Shown one piece after another: positions 1 to 13,186 of a DNA stretch of 64,000 nucleotides. Below the pieces are notes generated by a model. It ran no database searches, was not told the origin of the DNA, and saw nothing but the letters and a program-made list of their open reading frames with translations. The stretch comes from Paraspadella gotoi. Taxonomy: Eukaryota > Animalia > Chaetognatha. The DNA lies in contig CM119266.1 in the NCBI GenBank assembly GCA_051294375.1, forward strand, positions 19,603,657-19,667,656. The letters are read 5' to 3'. The translations under genes and the position numbers were made by a program. Position 1 is the first letter of the stretch. Every line of letters starts with the position of its first letter.

Positions 1-197
1 CTTTCCGCTGACTTTGGACAGGCTTTGGTGTTTTAAGACCTCAATCACTCTTACAAGATAATAACACAGCAGGTACCTGCTAGCTTTCAATCAAGACTCG
101 TTCACAGTCTCGTTTAATCACTCCCAGAATACCTGGCTTCCCAATCAATAAAGTGGTGTAATATTTCAAAGAATGTATCAATTGTACAAAAGGACCT
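1..197 (-). repeat. Interspersed repeat family A, partial copy (unclassified)
   Basis: Reverse complement aligns by eye with 27374-27490 (aaacgagactgtga...gtcttgattgaaagct...attatcttgtaagagtgat...caccaaagcctgtccaaagtcag) and 3563-3655. Same orientation as 34668-34815. Confidence 0.85.
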
Positions 198-497
198 ATT
201 TTATCTTTAACTTCTTTGTCGTTTGCCTTTCACCTTCCTCTGCGCTGGTCGATGTGTAAAAGGTCCACGTCTCTTTATCAGAGAAAGGTTGGGATAAAAA
301 CGACGACAATGACGACGACAATGACGACGACGATGAAAAAGGCGATGGTAGAATGGAGAGAAAAGTGGATGAAGGCGAGAGACGTCGATTGCGAAGGAAA
401 CAAAGTGAAAGTTGATAAAACAAACGACGAAGACGTCAAAAGAGAAATAAACAAAATATCCTGACTACTATTGTTACAACATTAACAAGGGGAAAAT

Positions 498-930
498 GAA
501 GAAAACAATGACGGCGACAAAGAATGACTTTTTGACAAGGATAGAGAAGACAACATTGAAGGCGACAAAGAATGACTCTTTGACAAAGACATGGACAAAG
601 CGCTGAGTGGTTGGAAAATAGCAATCCACAAATTTTTTCACCCCTCTTGCAAGCATGGAATGGATCCTGGGCTTGGAACAATGCTTGAGGGTTTTTGGCC
701 ATCATCATGGTTCCCGCAGGGAGCGTACCATTAGGGATCAATCCCAGTACCTGCTGGTCATGAGCCAATGAGCCACTGGGGCACGACTGAAAGAGTCATA
801 CTTATAAGTGGAGTAAACTTATTGAGAAGACAACAATGAAGACAAAGAATGACACATTGACAAGGACAAAGAAGACAACATTGAAGACGACAAAGAATGA
901 CTCATTGACAAGGACAAAGAAGTCAACAAC
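498..930. repeat. ~48-bp minisatellite (gaagacaacattgaagacgacaaagaatgactcattgacaaggacaaa), interrupted by an insertion at ~601-825
   Basis: About two units before 600 and about two after 826. Confidence 0.75.
601..825 (-). mobile_element. tRNA-derived (SINE-like) repeat family B, degenerate copy
   Basis: Minus strand reads cttataag...ttcagtcgtgccccagTGGCTCATTGG (A-box-like). Aligns with 11505-11710 and splits the 48-bp minisatellite. Confidence 0.6.
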
Positions 931-1315
931 GACGATAACAACGACCTCTTAAAGAAGGAAGAATGAAAAGGAAAAAAAAGTCGTTTGTCCGCCACAAGAG
1001 GTCGCTTCTCATTTAGTTCTTTCTTTCTTTGAAAGACCTACTTTGGAATTATGGGCATCGATTCCCGAATGACCACCCAACAATTATTTCCTTAATTTTC
1101 TTCTCTCGACCTGTTTCGTTGTCCAAGTCTTGACTTGACGTAATCATTCTCGTCCGAACCATTTTTCTCTTATCGATAATATTTAACTCATAGGAAAAGA
1201 ATTTTCTTTGTATAATTTAGATTGTTTTTAAAGTAAACGCTAATTATCTGACTAAGAAACATTTTACAATTGTTAATTTTGAAGTAAGGCGAAATGCATG
1301 GTCACCTCTCTCCCT

Positions 1316-1351
<36 letters not shown>

Positions 1352-2447
1352 TCTCTCTCTCTTTCTCTCTCTTCTCTCTCTCTCTTTCTCTCTCTTCTCT
1401 CTTCTAATTTTCTTCCTTCTCCGCCTCCTCACGCCTCCTTCAGGTTGACGCTGTTCTTTTTCTGTCCCGCCTCCTCCTCCTCCTCCTCCTTCTCCTTCTC
1501 CTTCTCCACGTCCACCCACGGCTCGTCCCGCTGGCCCTCTTAACATCTGCCTTTGCACCTTTGACCTTTCGGGCCTCGAAATCGGGGCCCAAATGAAACT
1601 CGACCCTTTTCGACCGGCGGGCACCTCGAGAGGGCCTCCGCGCCGCCACCACGCCCCCTTCCAGTGTCCCTGGGGATCTCTAGGAAGAAGGAGTTGGCCC
1701 GCTCGTCAATATTACGGAGGCAAAGTCACTAGAAGAGGAGAAAAGGTTCCAAGATTTGATCTCATAGTCTCAGCGACTGCCAAGAAATAGTAAGATACTC
1801 TTTAACCTTTTAAGTAATGTCTTTTTAGCCTATTAAAATAAATATTTGTACTACTTTTACTATTTTAGAATGGGCTTGAGTCTTACTTAATATCGTAAGC
1901 TACTTGTTAAGTTATCATATAAACAACTACAAATCAAATTCTTTACATGTTCTAAAAAATATTGTCATGATTCAGAAGTCGATTAATGATGAGAGAATGA
2001 AAAGTATAAATCAGATAACTTCCTCCAAATGAAGCACAACCTCGCTTCATACCAAAAGCCAACTGATAGCCTGATAGCCTGATAGCCACCTGATCTACTA
2101 CCCTCGTTCGCCTGCACGGTCCAGGGTGGTTCTCCCTCTTAACCTTCGCCTTTGCCTCCATTCGTTTTTTTCGTGTTAGTGGCCGTCGTCGTCGTCGTCG
2201 TCGTCGTCGCCTCGCCTCGACTGAGGGCCATTGTCATTCCATTCATATGGAAATACAACGGCTAAGGATATTTGGCCAAAAGATGGGCGCCTGAGAAGAG
2301 CGAAAGGCGGGAGGGTGGGGGACGAGCAGAGATGAGAGGGTGAAGGCGTGGGTTGGTGGGTTAGTGGTTATAGAAAGCTGTGAGTGGAGGTAAAGAAGGA
2401 AAAAATGGAGCCAGGTTGTAACACGATGTAGTATATGGACGGGGGGA

Positions 2448-3442
2448 AGAGACGGCTTGAAAAATAAGAAAATTAACAAATCAAGTGAGGTACAAGAGCT
2501 ATTTTAGTTGTAATAAAGTCTGTGGAATTCGATGATGATAAACCATTTTTTTGTATAGTCTCATCTTCTTTGTCGGAAATGGCGATTTTTGCAGCATATA
2601 GGTGCTATTAAAATGGAGCAAACATTGTAGAGTATAAGAAACTCAAATTATTAAGATTTTATAAAAGCTATATTTAACTTACATAATATGAAAATAAAGA
2701 CCCATTAAATATTTTGGTAAGTTTATTTACAAATTTTATATTTTATTAATAGTTTGTTAGTATAGTTATTTAATAATAATAATAAAAAATAAGCTAAAGT
2801 GAAAAAAAAAAATTTTAAAAATTTTAAACCGGATTTGAATTCCTTACAAAAAGTTAGTATAAGAAAGTATAATCCATTTTCAAAAAATCTTTCATTAAGT
2901 AGGTTAAAAATATTAAAAACTATTTTTTGTTTATTTTAATTTTTTGCTTAAAATTATAGTTTTTTCTGAATTGATGACCAACTTAATGACATAGAATTTT
3001 GATATAATAAATTATATTTTCTTATATCAACTTTTTCCAAAGAATGCAAATCCATGAAAAAATTTTGAAATTATTATTTTTAACTTTAGCCCAATTTTTA
3101 CCTAATAATTATAATATAAAATATGTTAACTAACTTTTTATAAAGACATAGAAATTTAAAAAATAAATTACAATTATTTATTTAAGTCTTTATTTTTATC
3201 ATTCAAAAAGCTCATTATAATAGTTTTATATAAATATTAATATATTTATACTTTATAATAACTTATAATGGTTTTGCTATTTTAATAACAATTTATATAA
3301 CATTAAAAACCGCCATTTCCGACAAGAAAGATAAAATTATACAAAAAAGGTCATACGTTCGAATTCTACAGACTACATTACACTAAAATAGCTATGTACC
3401 TCACTTGATTTGTTATATTTTGGTTATTTTTCCAACGACTCT
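2448..3442. mobile_element. ~1-kb fold-back/MITE-like palindromic element
   Basis: 2460-2590 (aacaaatcaagtgaggtac...tgtcggaaatggcg) is the reverse complement of 3305-3435. Inner arms ~2830-2925 and ~2955-3055 also pair. No ORF. Confidence 0.85.
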
Positions 3443-3562
3443 ACTTAATAGGTCACAAAAAAGACTTCAGATTTCTGGCAACGTCTTACGCACCATCAAT
3501 CATATCATAGGATAGTGAGCATTACAGAATGAAAGAACGTTACTGATAGAAAATTATGGGAG

Positions 3563-3720
3563 TGAATAAACGAGACCGTGATAGAGGTCCTGCTATGTTA
3601 TTACCTTGTAAGCGTGATGGGGGCCTTAAACAACCAAAGTCTGTTCAAAGTCAGGAGCACAGTCGCTTATTTACTAAATGAATAAATAATTTTTATATTT
3701 GTTGTACAAATTTTATAAAG
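3563..3720 (+). repeat. Interspersed repeat family A copy
   Basis: Matches 27374-27545, including the tail gcttatttaytaaatgaat..ataatttttatatt.gttgtac.aattt. Confidence 0.8.
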
Positions 3721-4224
3721 AATGGGATGACAGCCTAACCAGTGATCTAAGCAGTGATCTAACCAGTTATCTAACCAGTGATCTCAAATACAAGGGTTTA
3801 GATTTGAATCGCGTTCATGCGTCCCTTCTAAGGGCAGCTCGCTGACTCTGACGAGAGGGCGTGAATGAGGAGTAGTGAGGAAGGGGGGCGGGGGGCGGCA
3901 TCATCAAACGAGGGAATGGGGATCGCAAAGCTTTGGTCGTTTGCGAGATTTTCTCTGGTAAAAAAAAAAAAAAGAAAAAAATCAGATTACGTATGCATGA
4001 ATTCGGACAAGGCTGCAAAGGACGCGAGCCACTCTGAGATAAAGACAAACTGGACGGTGATCTTCAACTAGCATTTTGACACTGACCTGAATCAGGATGA
4101 ACGACATCTCGGAGTAAAAGTTAAAACCTTACTTTACGTATTATCTTTTTCAGTCTTCTTCAAACTTATTCAGTTTTAGCAGCCTAAGTGCCAAAATTCT
4201 GTTAAATAATGAATAGGACTTTAA

Positions 4225-4880
4225 CAGAGTCGTTGCATAATATCTCTATTATCCACTAAGCGCGTAGGTAAATTCTTAAATTTAAACTTTAATTAAAATT
4301 CTAAAAGGTGAGGAACGAACAACATTATACTAATGAACATTTATGTAATAAAAAAATTTATAATAAATTTTACAATTTATGCAGTAGGGGCATATTTTAT
4401 ACTAGTTCTAAACCAATAAATGTTAAAATTTCAAACAGTTTTTTTCTAAAATTTTTTTGTAGATTTGGATTCGTCATAAAAAGTTGATAAAAAGAAATAT
4501 AACTCTTTTTGAAAAATTCCTTCATTAAGTGGGTCAAAAATTAGAAAAAACTATATTTTAAGCTGAAAATGAAACTTTTTATATATTAAATATAGTTTTT
4601 TAAATTTTTAACCACTTAATGAAATAATTTTTAAAAATGATTTATATTTTCTTTTATCAAACTTTTGACGAGGAATTCAAATTTGCAATCAGAATTAAGA
4701 AAAGCTTATTTTGAAATTTTTCGATTTATATGGATAGTATAATATATAAATATAGCCTACTGCGAAAATTAAAAACATAAAATTAATTTTTTTTTATAAA
4801 TTAATGTTTTACTGATGGTATGTTTTTCATAATTGACTTTTAGAAAATTTTCTATGTAACTTTTCACTACGCCTTATTAT
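4225..4880. mobile_element. Second fold-back element, related to 2448-3442
   Basis: Palindromic around ~4575 (gcagtagg 4381 pairs with cctactgc ~4757; aaagttgataaaaagaaatata pairs with tatattttcttttatcaaac). Shares the core ttcattaagt.ggt.aaaaa and the end agagtcgttg with the first element. Boundaries approximate. Confidence 0.7.
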
Positions 4881-5098
4881 CCACATTATTATTCACTAAA
4901 CCTACTTTTTTTCAAAAACAGTTTTTATTAATTGTATGACTAGATAACCTTTTTATTGGTTTTTGTTGACAAAACAAGTTTCAGATCGAGAATGATTAAA
5001 ATAACAATAACAATGAAAAATGCTTAGTTTAAGAGAGACAATGGATAAACGATTGCGGGACGAAACGAGGACAAGTTATCGAGGCACATTCTTATGTT

Positions 5099-5161
<63 letters not shown>
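5099..5161. repeat. (AG)n microsatellite, representative of many AG/CT tracts (e.g. 1308-1403, 7159-7254, 37260-37790, 42545-42675, 44335-44440, 49690-49855, 50283-50374, 56174-56254)
   Basis: Direct reading. Confidence 0.95.
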
Positions 5162-5163
<2 letters not shown>

Positions 5164-5689
5164 AAAGGCTGCGCGTTGTTGTTGTCTTTGACGCTGTTGT
5201 GCTTCCATATTGTAACTATTTTATAAGATATACGCATAGATTAAGTAATAGGTAGTGACTAAAAAAGTAGGACGGTACGAATAAATTTAATGCTCAAGAC
5301 TTTTGTTAAAAAATACATCTCTGATCCGCGGATCCCATTCGTTTTATGACTGTCACGCCCCCGTCGCCCGCCCGCCACTCCCCTCCAAATTTGTTTTTTT
5401 GCATCGTTGGATCCTTTTTTTAGCGACCTCTTTCGGTTTTGTCTCGAAACATCTTAACTCTTAAGTCTCGTCCCGTTTTTGACTTTCGCTCTTTTTGTAT
5501 CTCAATTCCTCTTAATTTTTTCTTATCTCTCTTTTCGCCTTTCGCTCTTTTTCTTCTTCGCTTCTTTCCATTCCGTTTTCCTCGCTTTTTTTTCGTTTTC
5601 AACCTTCCTATTTTCTTTTCATTTTCCTCCTTCCTTACTTCTTTATATTTTCCCTTTTTTCACCTTCGTTAATTATTTCTATTTTATAA

Positions 5690-5905
5690 TTTAAACCTTC
5701 CTCTTTTCTTTCCATTTTCCTCCTTCCTCTTTTCTTACCATTTTCCACCTTCCTTAAATCTTTCTATTTTCCATTTTCCACCTTCCTCTTTTCTTCCCAT
5801 TTTCCACCTTCCTTACATCTTTCTATTTTCCATTTTCCACCTTCCTCTTTTCTTCCCATTTTCCACCTTCCTTACATCTTTCTATTTTCCATTTTCCACC
5901 TCCCT
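5690..5905. repeat. ~59-bp pyrimidine-rich tandem repeat (ccattttccaccttcc core), ~3.5 units
   Basis: Direct reading. Confidence 0.8.
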
Positions 5906-7185
5906 CTCATCCAAATTCCTCCCCTCGACCCTTTTTTTCCATTTCGGGTCAAAGATTCGATGTTCATGTTTTTCCGCCTTCGATCTTCGCAAATGAAGCG
6001 GAAGGGAGACGATGAACTCAATGAAGTGAACCCAAGTCGGAGGGAGAGCGAGTCGAAGAAGTGAGATGGAGAGTGAGACGTGAGAGGGCGACCGAGGCGT
6101 GAGATGGAGTCAAAGAATGTATGTACTACAAAGGAACGGCTGATAGAGAGGGAGAGGATGGGCGATGACGCGAGACGGTTTCTTCCTTCAATGGTTCTCA
6201 AAGCGAAGCGGAAACCGAAACTCAATTGACGAAAAACCGAAACTCAATTGCCGAAAAATATCCAAAAAATGGACTCGTCCATATCGGAGTCGTCAGCATC
6301 GTCGTCGTTGTCGTCATCGCAGACGTTACTTTTATTGACGAAAAAATAACTAATCTTTTTGTTTTGTATCTGTTTCGTATTTTTTTTGGCTTTGACCTCT
6401 TGAAATATTTCGAGGAAAAAAAAAGGATCGATTGACCTTTTGTCCGAATTCTCATTCGTCAATCAGAGGCGGTCTCTCGTGGTCCACGTCGGAATCAAGT
6501 TTTCCTTACATCCGCCTCTCTGAGCCGTTAACCTATGTCGGACTGCCAATTCCGTCGGCCACAGCGCCACTTGCAGGAAATCCATCTTATTCTTAGTCCC
6601 CTGACAAGTGAACGGTTTCACCACCCCAACACTCGGTGAGAATGATTAATCGTGATAGTCGACATATTTAAGTTCAAAATATGAATACATAAATCGATAA
6701 AAATTAACCGACCTTCTTGACAATTTCTTTTTATTTTATTATTTCCTTGGAAATTTTGATTTCATCTCTAATCGCTTTGATTTTAAACTCTTACAGAGTA
6801 CATAGTAACTCTTAGTTGTGACAGAACTATTCATTTAGAAAAAAAGTAAAGAAGCCAAATGTATCTGTTATTTGGAAACGCGTCATGGTATTCAGCTGAA
6901 AGGTCAGGAGACATTGGGTCTGGGGCAAGATAGCGTATTTATTTGCAGATATGGATAATTTAATATTGGTTTTACCATATACAATATTGGTAGGATAGAT
7001 CCATTTGTGATAGTGTGATAGTGAGGATTCTGGACCCGACCCGACCCGACCCGACCGAGTGACAGGATCGACTAATTTTTTTTTCTTTATTCTTTATGTT
7101 TTTTTTTTCATTGAGGCTCTCGATCTTCTTTTTAATAATTAAAAAAAACGACCCCGATCTCTCTCTCTCTCTCTCTCCTCTCTCT

Positions 7186-7246
<61 letters not shown>

Positions 7247-8570
7247 CTCTCTCTGTCCCCTTACGGAGTCGGGCAGGAACCCCCTAGCGATCCTAAGGCC
7301 CATGGTGCCCGCGTTTCTCGTGGCCATCACCATAACGACGAAGATTTTATCCACGAAGCTTTTGAGAGAAATCAGGAACCATGAAGAATCTGGGGCCTGG
7401 GTCGATAGAGGAAGAGGAGAGCGCGAAGTAAAGGAGGCCAACGAGGAAGAGGAGGAGGAGGAAAAAAAAAACTCAGCAGTCGGAATTGAGAGGGCAGCGA
7501 AAGAGGTCGATTGGGGCGGAGGTGTGGTGGTTTTGGTGGGTCTGGTGGTTGGTTGGGCTGGTGGGTTTTGGGTGGGTCTGGTGGTTTTGGTTGATTGGGT
7601 GGCGGAGATGAGGGAGTGGTTGACAAGGCGGAAAGGGACGAGCGGAGACGATGAGAGTGCAGGCGCTTGTGGCCACATTCAAAGCGGGAAAAGTGGTTGA
7701 CGGTTCGCTGGTGACGGTTGAAAGGAATAAAAAAAAAGGAGATAGAATGAGAGAAAGATAGAAAGATAGTAAGGAAGAAAGACGGAAAGAAAGATAGAAG
7801 GGAGGAGAAAGAAAGATAGAAAGAAAGACAGAGAAAAAAAGAAAGTCCAAAATAACGATAGAAAGAAAGAAAGGAAGATAAAAGAAAGATAGATAAAAAG
7901 ATAAAAAAAAATAAGAAAGATATAAAGGAAAGAAAGACAGAAATAAAGAAAAGAACAGAGAGAAAAAAGAAAGTCAGTAAATAAAGATAGAAAGAAAGAA
8001 TGGAAGAAAGAAAGATAGAAAGATAGAAATAAAGATAGAAAAAAATAAGAGAGAAAGAAAAGAAAGACAAGAAAATAAGAAAGACAGAGAGAGAAAAAGA
8101 AAGTCAGAAATAAAGATAGAAAGAAAAGAATGGAGAAAGGATAGAAAGATAGAATAAAGATAGAAAAAAATAAGAAAAAGAAAGACAGAAAGAAAGAAAG
8201 GACAGAGAGAAAAAAAAGAAGAACATGAAGAAAAAAGAAAGATAGAAAGAAAGAAAAAAAGAAAGACATGAAAAAAAAAGAAGAAATAAAGTAAACAAAG
8301 AAAAAAAAAAAGACAGAAAGAAATATATAAAGGAAAGAAAGAAAGAAAGAAAAAAGTCTGGGACGTGACTTGAAAAAGCGAAGAAAATGGGGAAAGAGAG
8401 GGCTACCTTTTTAATGGGCCAGCATCCAAGATCTATGAGGCATAATCTATGGAGCAAGATCTATGGGGCAACTGCGTGCCTGTGAGGCTTCGTAAGGTTG
8501 CGAAGCCCCCTGGGGGTGAAGAGGATTTCGAAAGGTAGATGGATAAGGAAAACATTTGCTCAATCTATGC

Positions 8571-8608
<38 letters not shown>

Positions 8609-8633
8609 NNNNNNNNNNNNNNNNNNNNNNNNN
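8609..8633. other. Assembly gap, exactly 25 N
   Basis: N run counted directly. Confidence 0.99.
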
Positions 8634-10000
8634 AGGAGAGATATTGATAGAATTAGTAGAGTTAGTGGAGAATATGAAATATAATCTAATATATAATATG
8701 ATGATATAGTAGATAGAGTAGTGAGATGATAAAAATTATTAAGGTACTGAGGACGCGTATTTTGATATACGTGAAAGAGAGAAAGATATATTTAGAGAGA
8801 TAAAATGCGTTAATAGGATAGAAGGGGAGATCTTATAGAGAGACATTTATGATATGGTGGAGCATGTCTTGTATTTTTATTAACGAAAAACTGTATAATT
8901 GTATGATTAATAACATCAGTATTCTATGATGCATTTGTAAAGAGTGTGTGAGAAGTGATGTAAAAGATGTGAGATAGTTTATGTGATTAAGAGGGCTAAA
9001 TCAGTATTCTGATGTAGAGAGACGTATATAGAGAGACCAGAACTGAGACCTCGCTTTGTAGAGGGCTTTATGTGCTGACCTCAAGTGTTATATAACAAAA
9101 GCCCCAAGAGGACTCTTCAGTATCTGCCTTAGGGAATTTACATGATTTACATAACCTTCTTGTATTACGTCGTCCGTGTAAAAATAACAGAAATTATACC
9201 ACGCTCTAATCTTTTTTTGAATGTGCGCGTTGTGAATCCACGTGTCTGGATTTTCGTTCGCGAAGTTCGATTGGGCACAGGTTACTTCGAATTTATCCTC
9301 GTCTGGAAAACGGAAAAGTAAACGTCTGCCATCGCAGGTTGAGTTTAAGTTGTAAAGTTAGATTTAGTTACGTTATGTTCTAGTTTTTGGGAACTCGCAA
9401 AATCAGCCCTCGAAAAGTTAAGCACGAACGTAAAATTCTACAGGGGCTATGGATCAATCATGCAATTAATAAAGATAATTAAACCTTAATAACCAAACTC
9501 TTTCACTTTATATAAACCAGATAAATGTTTGGTTGTTTTAAATTTTTCCCGGAGAATTACAAAATCAAGACAATCTAAATACTTAAATTTACATAAGCGG
9601 CGTAAATCAATTCAATCTCGCGCATCCCATAACAATGTTTTTTACTCTGGTCAGAATGACATTAACGATATTGTATAAAATTTTTGTTTATTCTCAGCGT
9701 GAAAATAAGAAACTAGTTGACGAGAGTGGAATGAGGGAAAAAACGAGCCTTCGATTGGCGTAGCTCATCTCAATCGTCGTCGTACGTCGTCGTCGTCTTT
9801 ATCGTCGTAATCCGTCGTCGTCTTCTCTTGAGCCGCAAAGCCCGCAGTCATCCAGCGCCATCTTATGGTTGGAGAATTCCATTGAAAACGAAACCTCAAA
9901 AAAACCTTTTCGATCTTTCTTTTTTTTCTAGTTCTGTGGATGTTTGCTAAAAAATCTTTTCCGTCGAAATGAAGGTGCTCTCTCTCTCTCTCTCTCTCTC

Positions 10001-10044
<44 letters not shown>

Positions 10045-11504
10045 CTCTCTCTATCTGAATCTCCTCTCGGTCCTGTCTCTCATTGTTTACAGGGATTGGT
10101 ATTTTCGATCCCTCTTCTCTGATCATGATGGAGAGGGTGAACAACACGGTAAAAGCCCTCCTATTAGTCCCATTACTTTCTAAATGTTTTTTTTTTCAGT
10201 ATCATTGAAAATATTTGAATTACGTCCTCCGATAATTGGGAAATGAGCTGCAACTCTTTTTTCGTTCAAATATGTTCACCTAAAATATTTGTTTATCTTA
10301 TTCTATTTATCTTATATTCTTAGTTGTTTAGCTAGTTTTGAGAACAAAATTTGGTCGAGCCGTAATAAACAGGTGCGGTCCCGTGTTCGAAAAGTCACAA
10401 CGATTCTTCTCACGACCCGCGTGACCTCACTCGCAGCCGCCGCTTCATTCACAACAACGACCTTCGACGGTTTCTTCGCCATCCGATCTCTGCCTACCGG
10501 CCGAACGAGTTGAACGCTTCGTCGCGGTGAAGGCTTCGATCTCGCAGTCACGACGTAGCGTCTCTTCCCGATCCGCCTTCGCCGGTGGGAAATAAACGAT
10601 CTCGAACGGTGTGCGGTGCCGGGTGGCCGTGGTGCAAGCAGCCACGGGCTGGCAGAATAGCGCGGAGGCAAGCGGTGACACGGAGTGGCTGTTCAAACGT
10701 CCCAGCGGGGACGACGGGAAGACAGTCATCTCAGATTCGTTCCTTTTAATCATGGAAGGAGGAAGGAACAAGAGACCGGATGTGGGGGGGGAGCGGGTTG
10801 GGGTGAGTTCTTGTTTTAAGACAGATGAGAGTATTAACGAGATGGGACCGACGACGACGACGCACGACGGACCGACTGACGACACATGTTATTTGCCGTG
10901 GTCGACCGTTGGCCGAATGAAGGGGGGAAACTGCGCAAAATAGGATTGCTCCATTATTGCGCAATCTTTGGTAGCATAGCAAGGCAAACATAGAAATTTA
11001 TTAAAGCAATTACATAGCCTTGCTAAATCTGGTAGGTAGCCGAACGATAGAGATTTCTGTCTGTGATTTAGTGAAAAGTTTAATAATTTTATCTATCATC
11101 TTAGTATTAGCTTTGACTTTTATAGTTAGAAGTTGAAACAAAAAAGTTTTCCGCGCACACCGGACGATGCGTTCAACATGCTCACAATGAGTAATGATCA
11201 CGACCTATACATGCGCTGAACCTACCCGTTCAGAACGCGTGACCGCGGTGGCCTTCATTGGATATAAAGCGCATAAGCTCATGACCACTTACGACACCGA
11301 TAGGTTCAATCCCATACCGGTACTCCGCTGCAGCGCAAGCGGTGACGACGGCCGCGTCAACCTCTCCTTAGGGGTAACGTAATTTTATGGAAAAAAAATT
11401 ATACATAACTGTTATTAGTTTTTTTAGTCGCTATTGCTTAAAATTGTGGATAAGGCGGTAAGTGGGTTGAAGACTACTATCCGTAACTTCCATGCCCCAA
11501 CAGC

Positions 11505-11710
11505 AGCCATGGAATGGGTCGTGGGACCAGGGTTGAGGGTTTTCCAGGCCCCTAAGGAGGTTGACGGCCGTCCTCACGCTTCCTGCAGCGGAGGTACCGG
11601 GTTGGGATTGAACCTGGTCGTAAGTGGTCATGAGCTTATTGCTTTATTCAATGAGCCACCGGGTCACGACTGAAGGGGTCAGGCTTATAGGCGTGATTAC
11701 TCATTAGGTG
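11505..11710 (-). mobile_element. tRNA-derived (SINE-like) repeat family B copy, mirrored on + at ~11185-11375
   Basis: Minus strand: gacccggTGGCTCATTGAA (A box) ... agctCATgacc ... aGGTTCAATCCC (B box) aacccggtacc. Stems look too degenerate for a functional tRNA. Confidence 0.7.
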
Positions 11711-12699
11711 AACGATCGTGGGTTGGGGAAACTTTTTTTGTTCAAACTTCTTAACTATGAAAATCAAAGTAAATAAATGATAGAAAATTATTAAACTTTT
11801 CACTAAACACAGACAAGAATTCTCTATCGTTCGGATCCAAGATTTAGAGGTATGTAATTGTTTATAAATTTTATGTTGCCTGTATGTACCAAAATTGGCA
11901 AATTGAGAAATCATTTTGGATTTTTCCCCCCTCATTCCGGCCAAGTGACCACGGCAATCATTGTCGTCGTCGTCGTCGTCGTCGTCGTCGCGCCACTCGT
12001 AATCTCTATCTGTAAAAGAACTCCCCCCCAACCGTCCCCCCCCACATCCGTCTTTGTCTTCCTCCTTCCCATGATTAGACAATGAATGATGACTTCTTCG
12101 CTGTCCGCTGAGTTGATCACCGGCACCGGCATTTGCACCGGCACCGGCACCGACACCGTCGAGTCTTTATTTCCCACCGCGGCGATCGGAAGGACGACCC
12201 GTCGTGACTCGAGATCGAAGCCTTCACGCGGACGAAGGTTCTCGTCGGCGGTGAGAAGATCGGATGCGAAGAAAGTGAGGTCGGGCTGTGAATGAAGGGC
12301 GGCGGCGAGTGAGGTCACGCGGGTCGTGAGAGAATCGTTGTGACTTCGAACACGGAGACCGCACCTTTTATTACGGCGACAAATTTTGGTCTCAAACTAG
12401 CTAAACAACTAAGAATATAAGATAAATAGATAAGATAAACAAATATTTTAGGTGAACATATTTGAACGAAAAAGAGTTGCAGCTCATCCAATATGGAGAC
12501 GTAATTTCAATATTTCAAGATATGAAAAAAAAAACATTTAGAAAGTAATGGACCAATAGGAGGGCTTTACGTTTGTCACCTGATCATTGATCAGAGAAGG
12601 GGGAGGGGAATCGAAAAATATACCGCAATCACGACTGGAAAAGAGAGAGACAGCTTGCAGAGGCAGAGAGAGAAAAGAGAGGAAGGGAGAGCGGGAGAT

Positions 12700-12740
<41 letters not shown>

Positions 12741-13152
12741 AGACGAAGAGAGAGAGAGAGCAATCCTCATTCGACGGAAAAGAATTTTTAGCAAACATCC
12801 ACAGAACTAAAAAAAAAAAAAAAGTGAAAAAGGTTTTTTGAGTTTTCGTTTCAATAGAATCTCCACCATAAGATGCGCGCTGGTGACTGCGGCTTTGCGG
12901 CTCAAGAGAGAAGAACGACGGACGATTCGACGATAAAAGACGACGACGACGAGACGACGATTGAGATGGAGCTAGCCAATGAAGGCCTTTTTTCACCCAT
13001 TCATTCGTAACTGTTTTATATTCAGTGAGCATAAACAAAAATTTTATACACAAATCGTTAATTGTCATTCTGACCGAAAAAAAAAATTGATGATCGCGAG
13101 GATTGAATTGAATTTACGCCCTTATGTNNNNNNNNNNNNNNNNNNNNNNNNN

Positions 13153-13186
<34 letters not shown>

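Noticed and set aside
7372-8457. Long Phe/Leu/Ser-rich membrane-protein ORFs
   Set aside because: Translations of GAAA/AG-rich simple sequence.
8634-9100. Possible foreign or unique AT-rich insert
   Set aside because: Adjoins a gap and grades into the noisy palindrome arm, so it looks like a low-quality read end.
11590-11668. Functional tRNA (CAT anticodon)
   Set aside because: A and B boxes are present, but the anticodon and T stems do not pair properly and it belongs to a dispersed repeat.
10289-12318. ORFs within the palindrome arms as duplicated genes
   Set aside because: No recognisable domain. Frames disagree between arms because of indels, so left-arm ORFs are unreliable. A real exon at ~12080-12365 cannot be excluded.
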